DNA of 63,560 bases, filler included. It is 4 parts of 4 records of this genome, joined end to end, with 100 filler letters (N's around TTAATTAATTAA, not from the genome) between each part and the next. Parts side by side here need not be neighbours in the genome. Positions count along the whole stretch, not along the records: positions 27,240 to 56,924 come from SRR31156797_4496; 3 more parts are not named here. One strand, 5' to 3'. Below the pieces are notes generated by a model. The model was not told where the DNA came from. It did not search any database and was given only the letters and a program-made list of their open reading frames with translations. This document shows positions 31,665 to 41,432 of the stretch, piece after piece. Numbering within the stretch: the first letter of the stretch is position 1; the number at the start of each line of letters is the position of its first letter. The translations under genes and the position numbers were made by a program.

Positions 31665-31988
31665 TTATCCATCCAATAGTTGCTTTTGTATCTGATTCAA
31701 CTCATCAAGCAAGGCTTTAGAATCACTTCCTGAACTTATCTTTTTTTGTAAACTTTCTAATTGGTTAAGCAATTGCAATTTATTTTGCATATTTTGCTGC
31801 TCTAGTTTCATATTGTTTTTGTGAGCTCTTTTTAGATGAATAGGTTCTAAGAAAAGGAAAAAACTTTTTTTCTCCTCTTGATAGTTTTTAATATTTTCAA
31901 CCACATCATTTGGTACTTTTAAGCCATTGCCCAAAGCATATTTTAACATCGCTTTTGCTTCTAAAAAAATGATCTCATTGACAAGCAT
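31665..31988 (-). CDS. Hypothetical protein, first gene of the methyltransferase operon
   Basis: ATG at 31988 with AAGGG RBS; coiled-coil C-half; 5-nt gap to next gene. Confidence 0.55.
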   Translation of the reverse strand: MLVNEIIFLEAKAMLKYALGNGLKVPNDVVENIKNYQEEKKSFFLFLEPIHLKRAHKNNMKLEQQNMQNKLQLLNQLESLQKKISSGSDSKALLDELNQIQKQLLDG

Positions 31989-32026
31989 AATAACCCTTTT
32001 AATTTTCAACTTTGTTGTAAATAAAT

Positions 32027-32061
32027 ATCATATCAAAAAAGTGTCACAGAAATCCGTCACA
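32027..32061 (-). promoter_or_regulatory. Extended -10 (TGATATGAT) with upstream direct repeat TGTGAC-N7-TGTGAC
   Basis: Read directly on the minus strand upstream of 31988. Confidence 0.45.
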
Positions 32062-32192
32062 AAAAATTTTTTTTAAAATTTAAGAGAATAATGAGAAATT
32101 AGTATATAAGTTTAAGTTATTTATAAAGATATCGATTATTGTATGAATGTAATTAGATAAAATGTAGTAAAAGGTTAAAAGGGATATGAAGC

Positions 32193-32537
32193 TTAAAAAA
32201 GCTCCTTATACTCCTCTTCATTAAAACCAACATGAAGTTTCTCTTCCCCATTGAGTCCATGTTCGATAATTGGTCTTTTTAAGATAGAGTTATCTTCCCA
32301 TAGTTTTTTTAACTGTGTTTTTTTAGAAAGATCTTTCCCTTTTAGTTCATGTTCTTTATATGCTTTACTTCTTGTATTAAAAAGCTTTTCTGGTTCTACA
32401 AAATTTAACCAATACTCAATATGCTCTTTTGGGATATTGTTATCGATTTTGATAAACTCATATTCAATATTATTGTTATTGAAAAACTCTAAGGCTTTTT
32501 TACAACTTGCACAAGTTTTGATTCCATAAACTTTCAT
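32193..32537 (-). CDS. ArsC/Spx/YffB-family thiol reductase
   Basis: MKVYGIKTCASCKKA CxxC, LFNTRS, ILKRPII, VGFNEEEY. Confidence 0.85.
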   Translation of the reverse strand: MKVYGIKTCASCKKALEFFNNNNIEYEFIKIDNNIPKEHIEYWLNFVEPEKLFNTRSKAYKEHELKGKDLSKKTQLKKLWEDNSILKRPIIEHGLNGEEKLHVGFNEEEYKELF

Positions 32538-32560
32538 TTTTATTCTCCATTGTTTTTATA

Positions 32561-32592
32561 AGTGTACTCAAATTTGATTACACTTAGATTAC
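32561..32592 (-). promoter_or_regulatory. Direct-repeat box + -10 upstream of ArsC-family gene
   Basis: Minus strand: GTAATC-taagt-GTAATC-N9-TACACT. Confidence 0.7.
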
Positions 32593-32598
32593 TAAAAT

Positions 32599-34089
32599 TT
32601 ATATTTTAAGTTGAGTAATTGCATCATTGGCAACTTGAATTAAATTATCAGCTCCTGGTAAAAACTCTACTAACCCAGTTCCTATTCCACCCCATATTGT
32701 CATCAATGCCATTAAAGCGATACAGATACTGCTTATAGTGATAGGAAAGTTTTTCTTTTCACTTTTTGGTGGATAAAAATACATCAATGCAATTAATTTA
32801 AAATAATAATATATTGATACAAATGCTATAAACACACCAAAACCTGCTAAAAACACCTGCCCTGATTCAATAGCACTAATAAAGATATAAAACTTCCCTA
32901 AGAATCCTATCGTTGAAGGAAATCCTGCCAAAGAAAGCATAAAAATACTCATCATTGCTGCCATATAAGGACGCTCATGAGCAAACCCTTTAAAGTGCTC
33001 AAAAGTGAGTCTTTTTTGTGTATCGCTTGCTATAAAGCTTAAAATTCCAAAAGCTCCAACTGCACTTAAAAAATATGCTATAAGATAAAATACAATAGCT
33101 GAAGAGGCAAACTCTGCTCCAACAGAGATTGAACTAAGTGCAATCAACAAATACCCACCATGAACGATACTAGATCCTGCTAACATTCTTTTTAGATTTG
33201 TTTGAGATATTGCTAAAAATGATCCACCAATAAGAGTTAAAAATGCAATTACATATAAAATAGTAGAAAAAATATGATACATCGGTGCAAAGTCTACTAA
33301 AAATAGTCGTAAAAGTAGAGCAAATACTGCTATTTTAAAAGTCGCTGCCATAAACATAGTCACTGGAAATGGTGCTCCATGATATACATCTACTACCCAA
33401 GAATGAAAAGGAACTGCTCCAATTTTAAAAAGAATCATCACAAGGATAAAAAGTAATCCTACAGCAACTAAAAGATTTACTTCACTACTTCCACTAATAA
33501 ACTGATAAATATCTCCTAGATAAGTTGATCCAACTGCACCATAAATAAGAGCTGATCCAAAGATGAAAAATGCTCCAGTTAAAGCTCCTAGTACGATATA
33601 TTTTAACATCGCTTCAGAACTTTTGGTATTTGTTTTATTATATCCTACTAAGATATATACAGCGATTGAAGCTACCTCTAAAGAGATAAATGCAGTGATC
33701 AACTCATTGGCATGGGCTAACATCATCATCCCAAATACACTAAAAAGTAAAAGTGAGAAAAACTCCCCATTGTAATAGTTTCTACTTTTAAAATAGTGAC
33801 TATTGATAAGCAGTGTAAACATCGCTCCACTTAAAAATAAGATGTCAAAAAGTATAGAGAACTGGTCAATAATAAACATCTGTCCAAAAATATCAGGAAA
33901 TAGATATCCCACTTGTACCCCATCAAAAAGTGAAAACTGTACTACAATAGCTAAAAATAAAAAGAGTACTGCCATTAAACTATAGTTTTTAATCGCTATT
34001 TTTGGGATAAAACTTACAAGCATTAGAATTAATGCCCCTATTGCTATGATCGTTGGAGCAAAGGCAAACTCAAGTCCATAACTTATCAT
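32599..34089 (-). CDS. nuoN: NADH-quinone oxidoreductase subunit N
   Basis: SLEVAS, SSEAMLKY, FKIGAVPFHSWVVDVY, LKRMLAGSS, LSLAGFP; last gene of the nuo operon. Confidence 0.93.
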   Translation of the reverse strand: MISYGLEFAFAPTIIAIGALILMLVSFIPKIAIKNYSLMAVLFLFLAIVVQFSLFDGVQVGYLFPDIFGQMFIIDQFSILFDILFLSGAMFTLLINSHYFKSRNYYNGEFFSLLLFSVFGMMMLAHANELITAFISLEVASIAVYILVGYNKTNTKSSEAMLKYIVLGALTGAFFIFGSALIYGAVGSTYLGDIYQFISGSSEVNLLVAVGLLFILVMILFKIGAVPFHSWVVDVYHGAPFPVTMFMAATFKIAVFALLLRLFLVDFAPMYHIFSTILYVIAFLTLIGGSFLAISQTNLKRMLAGSSIVHGGYLLIALSSISVGAEFASSAIVFYLIAYFLSAVGAFGILSFIASDTQKRLTFEHFKGFAHERPYMAAMMSIFMLSLAGFPSTIGFLGKFYIFISAIESGQVFLAGFGVFIAFVSIYYYFKLIALMYFYPPKSEKKNFPITISSICIALMALMTIWGGIGTGLVEFLPGADNLIQVANDAITQLKI

Positions 34090-35552
34090 AATGCACCTCC
34101 AAGCGTACCTAATATAAGCTGTAAGTTATTTTCAAACAGTGGCATAAAAAGTGATGGAACGACTCCCATCAATACTATTAAGAGCATAAGAGGTAGAAGT
34201 ATCAATGTCTCAATTAGAGTTAATTCAGTAAAACTTTTAGTCAATGTATTTGCCTCTCCATAGATAGTTCTTTGTAACATCCAAAATACAAATATCATTG
34301 CAGCTATCATAGTGGTTGCCGCGCAAATACCTATCCAAATATTATATTTAAATGCTCCAATGATAATAAGTAGTTCTGCCACAAATCCTCCAGTTCCTGG
34401 AACTCCTGCAATCCCAAGAGCAAAAAAGGCAAAGAAAAAGGCAAACCTTGGAGCAACAGTTGCTATTCCTCCTAGCTCTGAAATAGTAATGGTTTTAAGT
34501 CTATTTCCAAGCATCCCTATCATTAAAAAGATCCCTGCACTATTCAATGCATGGGTTGCTATAAGATATAAACTTCCATTCCATGCATAAATATTGGCTA
34601 GAACTAATCCCAGAGCTATCAAGGAGAGGTGTGATCCAGAAGAAAATGCAAACATCCTTTTGAGATCTTTTTCCATAATCGCATGAATTGCATAAAATAC
34701 TACTCCAATCACAGAAAAAGTGATAAACAGTGGGGTATAAAATGCAATTGGTTTTTCAAAAAGTTCAAACCCAAATCGCCAGATACCATAAACCCCTAGC
34801 TTTGCCATAATCGCTGAAAGTATTACAAGTGCTGGTGTCGGTGCAGAGCTATATGCAGGTGCCATCCAGGTATGAAATCCAACAAGAGGGATCTTGATAG
34901 CAAAAGCTAATAAAAACCCACTCGCTATTAAGATAGAAGTTTTAGGATCAAAATTTAAAGTAGCAAGATCTGATAAGGCAAAACTCCATACCCCATGAGT
35001 CTGTAGATACACTGAACCTAAATAAAGAATAGAAAAAAGCATCGCCATAGAACCAAGTACGGTCATAATAATGATCTTCATAGCATTATATTGACGCATC
35101 CCATATCCATATTTTCCTATCATTATAAAAATAGGTAAAAGCATTGTTTCCCAAAAGAGATAAAAAAGGATCACATCAAGTGAAACTACTGCGCCCATCA
35201 CTCCTGTTTGTAAAAACAGCAGATTGTACCAATACCCTTTTCGCTCCTCATTCCACAACGAGATAAAGATCAAAGGCATCAATAATGAGATCAAAAGAAG
35301 TAACACTAAAGAGATAGCATCTACTCCTATATAATAAGTGATCCCATAACTTTCAATCCAAGGAGCAATAGTGATAAACTGCATTGTTTTTGAGGTATCA
35401 AAGTGATATGTTAAAACAAGTACTAAAATAAAGACGATCAATGAAGCAGTTAGTGCTCCTATTCGAAGTATTTTAGATGAAGCTTTAAATAGTCCCATTA
35501 CAAGGATAAAACAAAGTGGAAGAAAAACAATAAAAGAAAGTATATTTTCCAT
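34086..35552 (-). CDS. nuoM: NADH-quinone oxidoreductase subunit M
   Basis: FYLFWE, FAIKIPL..FHTW, KLGVYG, GVPGTGGFVAE. Confidence 0.93.
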   Translation of the reverse strand: MENILSFIVFLPLCFILVMGLFKASSKILRIGALTASLIVFILVLVLTYHFDTSKTMQFITIAPWIESYGITYYIGVDAISLVLLLLISLLMPLIFISLWNEERKGYWYNLLFLQTGVMGAVVSLDVILFYLFWETMLLPIFIMIGKYGYGMRQYNAMKIIIMTVLGSMAMLFSILYLGSVYLQTHGVWSFALSDLATLNFDPKTSILIASGFLLAFAIKIPLVGFHTWMAPAYSSAPTPALVILSAIMAKLGVYGIWRFGFELFEKPIAFYTPLFITFSVIGVVFYAIHAIMEKDLKRMFAFSSGSHLSLIALGLVLANIYAWNGSLYLIATHALNSAGIFLMIGMLGNRLKTITISELGGIATVAPRFAFFFAFFALGIAGVPGTGGFVAELLIIIGAFKYNIWIGICAATTMIAAMIFVFWMLQRTIYGEANTLTKSFTELTLIETLILLPLMLLIVLMGVVPSLFMPLFENNLQLILGTLGGAL

Positions 35553-35553
35553 C

Positions 35554-37443
35554 TTACACCCCTATCCCGATAAGTAAAAGCATACAGAGCATTGATATCC
35601 CAAAGACGATATATACTGCATATTCTCTTACTTGACCATTTTGAAGTTTTGCAACTTTTGTTGCCATCACATTATATGAGCTTACACTATTATTGATCAA
35701 CCCATCTACTATTTTATTATCAAAAGTGGTATGAAAAAAATTGCTTAGATTTCGTAAACTTTTTACAAAAAGAGCATCATAAAGCTCATCGATATAAAAC
35801 TTATCTATAATTACTTGTTTCCAAATAGGAACAACTTCTAAAGCCTTTGATCGTACAGCAAAAAGTTTATACGCTAAAAATATCCCAGCGAGTGAAACAG
35901 CTAAATTAATAAGTCCTAAAAGATACTCTGTCGTATGGCTTACATGGTGGTGTTCTTCATCTAAGTGCAAAAATGAACTAAACCAGTTTGAGCCTCCATA
36001 CGCTTCATTTGCTCCTAAAAACCCTACAAATGCTGAACCAAGAGCAAGGATCAAGAGAGGAATGGTCATCTTTTTGCTAACACTATGGATTTGATGCTCC
36101 ATCTCTTTATTTGATAAGAACACAATAAATAGCATTCTAAACATATAAAATGCGGTTAAAAATGCGGTAATTACAGCCAAGATCCAAATAAAATAGTTCC
36201 CTGTGATAAAGGTATGATTGATAATAGCATCTTTTGAAAAGAACCCTGCAAATGGTGGAATTCCACTAATCGCTAAAGTGGCAATTAACATCATAATAAA
36301 AATAGCTGGCAGATACTTTTTTAGATTTCCCATCTTAAAGATATTTTGCTCATGGTGCATCGCAATGATAATAGCTCCAGCCCCCATAAATAAAAGAGCT
36401 TTAAAAAAAGCATGGGTAAATACATGAAATATCCCTGAACTATATGCTCCTAACCCAACGGCTACAAACATATATCCAAGTTGAGACATTGTTGAATAAG
36501 CAAGTATCTTTTTAATATCACTTTGAAAACAAGCAATAAGAGCAGCAAAGAGTGCCGAGGCAATCCCTATCATGGCGATAAATTCCCCAATGGCAGGAAC
36601 TTCATTGTAAACAAAAGCAAATCTTGCCACCATATACACTCCAGCTGTTACCATCGTAGCAGCGTGGATAAGGGCTGAAACTGGTGTTGGTCCAGCCATC
36701 GCGTCAGGAAGCCACACATATAAAGGAAGCTGGGCAGATTTTCCCATCGCTCCTACAAATAAAAGCACTCCAATAACAGCTAACATAGTAGAATCAACCA
36801 TCTTAATATGTGTTTCTAATGCCATAAAGTTAAAATCCACTCCAGACATCGAGATAAAAAGAATTGAAAGCCCAATGATAAATCCAAAATCCCCTACTCT
36901 ATTTACCATAAAAGCTTTATTGGCTGCTGTGATATTTTGAGTATCTTTAAAATAAAATCCAATAAGCAGATATGATGCAAGCCCTACAAGTTCCCATCCT
37001 ATAAACATAATAATAGGATTATTTGCTAACACCAAAAGAAGCATACTCCCTAAAAAGAAATTAAAGTAGCTAAAGAATTTTCCAAACCCTTTATCTCCAC
37101 TCATATACCCTGCCGCATAAATATGAATTAAAGCTCCTACAAAAGTAACAAAAGAGATCATAACAACGGAGAGCCTATCAGCCATAAAACTAAGCTCAAT
37201 ATGAAACTCTCCTATACTTACCCAAGTAAAAAGAGTACTTTGTAATATATAATCATTTGATTCTCCCATAGAGTGACTAGCAACCATTAAACTAAAAATG
37301 GTAACAATTACAGGAGTGATAATCCCAAGGATTTGATATACTCTCTCCCCTACTTTTTGTTTACTATCTATGAGATAAATAAGCCCTATAATAAAAGCAG
37401 ATAAAAATGGTAAAACAACAATAAGATTTAGATAGGTACTCAT
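35554..37443 (-). CDS. nuoL: NADH-quinone oxidoreductase subunit L
   Basis: GWELVGLASYLLIGF, NRVGD, GKSAQLPLYVWLPDAMAGPTPVSALIHAATMV. Confidence 0.96.
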   Translation of the reverse strand: MSTYLNLIVVLPFLSAFIIGLIYLIDSKQKVGERVYQILGIITPVIVTIFSLMVASHSMGESNDYILQSTLFTWVSIGEFHIELSFMADRLSVVMISFVTFVGALIHIYAAGYMSGDKGFGKFFSYFNFFLGSMLLLVLANNPIIMFIGWELVGLASYLLIGFYFKDTQNITAANKAFMVNRVGDFGFIIGLSILFISMSGVDFNFMALETHIKMVDSTMLAVIGVLLFVGAMGKSAQLPLYVWLPDAMAGPTPVSALIHAATMVTAGVYMVARFAFVYNEVPAIGEFIAMIGIASALFAALIACFQSDIKKILAYSTMSQLGYMFVAVGLGAYSSGIFHVFTHAFFKALLFMGAGAIIIAMHHEQNIFKMGNLKKYLPAIFIMMLIATLAISGIPPFAGFFSKDAIINHTFITGNYFIWILAVITAFLTAFYMFRMLFIVFLSNKEMEHQIHSVSKKMTIPLLILALGSAFVGFLGANEAYGGSNWFSSFLHLDEEHHHVSHTTEYLLGLINLAVSLAGIFLAYKLFAVRSKALEVVPIWKQVIIDKFYIDELYDALFVKSLRNLSNFFHTTFDNKIVDGLINNSVSSYNVMATKVAKLQNGQVREYAVYIVFGISMLCMLLLIGIGV

Positions 37444-37754
37444 TTTTGCCCTTTATCATATGAGAGTTTATTAAAAGCTTCACTATCAATAGTTCGTGTA
37501 GTTTTAAATAGATAGATAATAAGCGCTAAAAATATAGCTGCTTCAGCTGCAATAACAGCTATCATCAATAATGCCATCAACGATCCATCCATTGCCCCAT
37601 GAACTCTAGAAAAAGTAGCTAGTACAAGGTTTACACTACTGAGCATCAATTCAATCGACATATAGATCACAAAAAGGTTTTTTCTTGTAAGTACTCCGAT
37701 CAGTCCAATGGCAAAAAGGATCGTTGCAAGATATAAAAAACTATCTGGATTCAT
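37440..37754 (-). CDS. nuoK: NADH-quinone oxidoreductase subunit K
   Basis: RKNL....MSIELML, AAEAA; three TMs. Confidence 0.93.
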   Translation of the reverse strand: MNPDSFLYLATILFAIGLIGVLTRKNLFVIYMSIELMLSSVNLVLATFSRVHGAMDGSLMALLMIAVIAAEAAIFLALIIYLFKTTRTIDSEAFNKLSYDKGQK

Positions 37755-38253
37755 TTGACTCTCCTCTTTTTGAGATCACTATTCCACCTATAAGTGCTAC
37801 TAAAAGCAGTATCGATATGGTTTCAAAAGGAAGTACCCACTCACTAAAAAGAATCTTTCCTGTTAGTTTTAAAGTACCAAAGTCTGATGAAACATTAGCA
37901 AACTCTAAAGCGCTGCTATTGATAGCATAAAAGACTGTAAATACTATAGGAAGAACTAAAGCTATCATCAGCATCATATGCTTTTTTCCTAAAGAGTTTT
38001 TAGGTAAATTTTCCTCTTTGATATTAACTGATACGATAACTAAAAGTGCTAAAGTAACGATTGCTCCAACTGAGACTAGGATTTGCGCTAAAAATAAAAA
38101 GCTTTGATCTAAAAGCGCAAACATCCCTGAGAGTGCTATCATAGCAAGTAAAAAACTGATCGCACTAAAAACACTTTGTTTAAAAAGGATCATCCCAAGA
38201 GATCCCCCTATTAAAAACAGAGCCAAGATACTAAATATACTATTTTCCAGCAC
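37741..38253 (-). CDS. nuoJ: NADH-quinone oxidoreductase subunit J
   Basis: AQILVSVGAI, LPFETISILLLVALIGG; start re-called to GTG at 38253 with GGAGG RBS. Confidence 0.9.
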   Translation of the reverse strand: MLENSIFSILALFLIGGSLGMILFKQSVFSAISFLLAMIALSGMFALLDQSFLFLAQILVSVGAIVTLALLVIVSVNIKEENLPKNSLGKKHMMLMIALVLPIVFTVFYAINSSALEFANVSSDFGTLKLTGKILFSEWVLPFETISILLLVALIGGIVISKRGESNESR

Positions 38254-38764
38254 GAGCAACCTCCGAAGAAAAATTACCTTTATGGGATAATAATTGCTCT
38301 TTTTCAAGCACAAAATCTTCTCTTTTTTTTCCAGTAACCGTAAAGATACCTGTATCCATACGGATAGCATCACAAGGACACGCTTCCACACAATATCCAC
38401 AAAAGATACACTCTAAAGTATCTATAGCAAATCTTTTGGGCATCTTTTCATCTACTCCATCTTCTCTCTCAACCGCTTCAATGAAGATACACTCTGCTGG
38501 ACAAGCTGTTGCACACATAAAACAAGCAACACATCGTACACTCTCATCTTCTCTTTTTGTTAGACGGTGGAGTCCTCTATATCGATCACTGATATCTGTA
38601 GGCTGCTCTTCAGGGTACTCTAATACATCAATAGATTTTATATCATTTACATTTTTTCTTAAATGATCAAAAGTGATCTTTAATCCTTCAATGATAGCGG
38701 GGATATAGATACGCTCTTTAAAAGTTGTCCCATGTCGCTTTATTGTTTTGATCTTTTTTTCCAT
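38240..38764 (-). CDS. nuoI: NADH-quinone oxidoreductase subunit I
   Basis: YPEE, RYRGLH, CVACFMCATACP and CIFCGYCVEACP; start re-called to ATG 38764. Confidence 0.95.
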   Translation of the reverse strand: MEKKIKTIKRHGTTFKERIYIPAIIEGLKITFDHLRKNVNDIKSIDVLEYPEEQPTDISDRYRGLHRLTKREDESVRCVACFMCATACPAECIFIEAVEREDGVDEKMPKRFAIDTLECIFCGYCVEACPCDAIRMDTGIFTVTGKKREDFVLEKEQLLSHKGNFSSEVARAGK

Positions 38765-40056
38765 TAGCTCACCCCCACAACAATAATCGCTGTAATGAAA
38801 ATATTTACAAGAGAAAGTGGTAAAAGATAGTTCCACCCTAGTGTTTGAACTTGGTCATATCTAAACCTAGGAAGTGTCCATCGAACCACTATAAAAAAGA
38901 TATTAAAAAGCATCAGTTTAAATACAAAGATACCTATTTGTAAAATAGTTATCGTAATATTTGCTCCAAGTGATCCTTTTTCTAATCCTACTAAGAAAAA
39001 CCCTATCACTTCAAGTATCACAACCATCCCTATTAATACATACGTAAGCACTTTTGTTTCAAAGTTTCTCCCACCATCAGAGGAAACTGTAGCTCTTACA
39101 TTATTATTTTTCCACATCCAACGAAGTAAAAAGTAGATCGCAATTGGTAAAAATATCATACAAGCGATCACCACAATACTAAAGTTATTTCCTAGATCTT
39201 CCGTGCTAATCCAAGGAAGTTGATACCCACCAAAGAACATAGTGATCACCACAGCACTTGCTGTGTTCATAGCGATATATTCACCCATAAAATACATAGC
39301 AAACTTCATCGCAGAAAACTCTGTCATATGCCCTGCAACGATCTCACTCTCCCCTTCAGCTACATTAAATGGAGCTCTATTGGTCTCAGCAAAAATTGTG
39401 ATGATAAAAATAATTGCAGCAAGTGGTTGTACGATCACTCCCCAAGCTGGTAAAAATCCAAGTACTGTTCCACTTTGCCAATTAACCATCACATTAAAAT
39501 CTATACTTTGATAGGTGATGATCATAGCTACTACACTAAGACCTAATGGAAGCTCATAGCCAAGCATCTGAGAACTTGCACGCTGAGCTCCTAAAAGAGA
39601 ATATTTATTATGACTTAGCCATCCACCAAAGATGATACCGATAATTCCAATAGACCCAATTGCTAGATACCATAAGATTCCATATTCTACTGGTAAAGCT
39701 TGGATTCTAAATGATTCTTCACCAATCACTAGATTATCTGCAAAGGGGATAGTCATAAAAGCAAGGAGTGCTGAAACAAACATAATAGATGGTGCTAAAA
39801 TAAAAAGCCATTTCCCTTTTTTAATATGTGATGGATAATACTCCTCTTTAAATACAAGCTTGATCACATCAGCAAAAGATTGGATCACACCACCTAGTCT
39901 AAATCCTTTGATATTGGTTCGATTTGGTCCTGTTCTATCTTGAATAAGTCCTGCAATTCTTCGCTCTAACCAAACTAAAACAGGGATCATCAAAAGAGCT
40001 AAAAGAGCTGCTAAAACAATAGAAGCTAAAGTAACTATGATCATTGCTATACTCAT
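38764..40056 (-). CDS. nuoH: NADH-quinone oxidoreductase subunit H (long form)
   Basis: WLERR...IQDRTGPNR, NKYSLLG, AETNRAPF..AEGESE, RWTLPRFRYDQ. Confidence 0.95.
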   Translation of the reverse strand: MSIAMIIVTLASIVLAALLALLMIPVLVWLERRIAGLIQDRTGPNRTNIKGFRLGGVIQSFADVIKLVFKEEYYPSHIKKGKWLFILAPSIMFVSALLAFMTIPFADNLVIGEESFRIQALPVEYGILWYLAIGSIGIIGIIFGGWLSHNKYSLLGAQRASSQMLGYELPLGLSVVAMIITYQSIDFNVMVNWQSGTVLGFLPAWGVIVQPLAAIIFIITIFAETNRAPFNVAEGESEIVAGHMTEFSAMKFAMYFMGEYIAMNTASAVVITMFFGGYQLPWISTEDLGNNFSIVVIACMIFLPIAIYFLLRWMWKNNNVRATVSSDGGRNFETKVLTYVLIGMVVILEVIGFFLVGLEKGSLGANITITILQIGIFVFKLMLFNIFFIVVRWTLPRFRYDQVQTLGWNYLLPLSLVNIFITAIIVVGVS

Positions 40057-41432
40057 TTTATCTCCTCTTGTAGTTTATGAAGCCACTCTAAAATAGTATC
40101 AAGGTTTGATTCTACTGCATAGTTTGAATACTGTTTTATCTCATCTTCATTGATCAAGGTTCCACTATATTCACTAAAAACTGGGATTGGTGCAATTAAT
40201 TTATATTGTTCATAACTTGTATGGGTTTGAAAACTGATGATCTTATTATCTTTATATATAGAAACCATCGGGTGGTTAAAATTAATAATAAGATCAACTT
40301 CACTCTCAAACTCTTCTTTAATATCAAACTTTTCAACACCTTTTTTATTGGCACATCTCCAATTACTTTTTAACCAATCATCTCCAAACTCTTCATCATA
40401 ATAACACTCCATTGGAGCTATCACTTGTGCGCCTATCTCTTTTGCATAAGCAACAATAGCAGAGATATCTTCTACGTAAAGATTTGCATCGATAATGACA
40501 CCTATAGAGTTAGCCTCTTTGATATCTTTTTTTGCGAAGTAGCTAAAATCTTTTGAGTCGATCTCCACACCGTTTTGTAAAGAGACAAGTTGTCGATCTT
40601 TTTGCAAAGTATGAAAACTTAATCTTCCATCATCACAGATAAAATGTCCATTGATCTTTTTATTTACCCTTGGTCTAAATCTATAGATGATATCCTCTTT
40701 ATATTTCTCTTTATTATGATCAATATAGATATTACATCCCTTTGCACATCCATGGCAAATAGCATCAGAAGATTTTAAAAACCAAACTCGTTGATGAAAC
40801 CTAAAATCTTTACTTGTCAAAGCTCCAACAGGACAAAGATCAACAATATTCATAGCATATGGATTTTCTAATCTCATCCCTGGAACAGTAGTAACACAAG
40901 CATGATCTCCACGATTAACAATCCCAAGTTCTCCTGTTTTGGTTATCTCAGAAGTAAATCGTGTACATCTAGCACATAAAACACATCTTTCTTGATCTAA
41001 AACTATATTTGATCCAAGATCTACATTTTTCTTATTTTTTACTTTTTGCTCCATATTTATATTAGAATCATATAAGCCATAATCCATATAAAAATCTTGA
41101 AGTTTACACTCCCCTGCTTGATCACAAATAGGACAATCTACAGGATGGTTGATAAGTTCAAGTTCTAAGATTCTCTGACGAACAGAATTTATCTTTTCCC
41201 CTCTTGTTCTAACTTCCATCCCTTGCGTTACAAAAGTATCACAAGCAATTTGAGGTCGTTTTTTCCCTTCAATTTCTACCATACACATACGACAGTTTCC
41301 ATCTGCACCCAATGCTTCATGGTAACAAAAATAAGGGATATCTATCCCATTATCAATCAAAGCTTCAATAAGAAGTGTCCCCTCTTCTATTTTATAAGCA
41401 GTATCATCTACTCTAATCGTTACAAGACTCAT
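40053..41432 (-). CDS. nuoG: NADH-quinone oxidoreductase subunit G (short form)
   Basis: FCYH...GNCRMC, HPVDCPICDQAGEC, CVLCARC...CPVGAL, CHGCAKGC...CDDGR Fe-S motifs. Confidence 0.92.
   Translation of the reverse strand: MSLVTIRVDDTAYKIEEGTLLIEALIDNGIDIPYFCYHEALGADGNCRMCMVEIEGKKRPQIACDTFVTQGMEVRTRGEKINSVRQRILELELINHPVDCPICDQAGECKLQDFYMDYGLYDSNINMEQKVKNKKNVDLGSNIVLDQERCVLCARCTRFTSEITKTGELGIVNRGDHACVTTVPGMRLENPYAMNIVDLCPVGALTSKDFRFHQRVWFLKSSDAICHGCAKGCNIYIDHNKEKYKEDIIYRFRPRVNKKINGHFICDDGRLSFHTLQKDRQLVSLQNGVEIDSKDFSYFAKKDIKEANSIGVIIDANLYVEDISAIVAYAKEIGAQVIAPMECYYDEEFGDDWLKSNWRCANKKGVEKFDIKEEFESEVDLIINFNHPMVSIYKDNKIISFQTHTSYEQYKLIAPIPVFSEYSGTLINEDEIKQYSNYAVESNLDTILEWLHKLQEEIK

Noticed and set aside
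37741-38836. Long overlaps among nuoH/nuoI/nuoJ in the ORF track
   Set aside because: Caused by over-extended starts; better starts are ATG 38764 (nuoI) and GTG 38253 (nuoJ).
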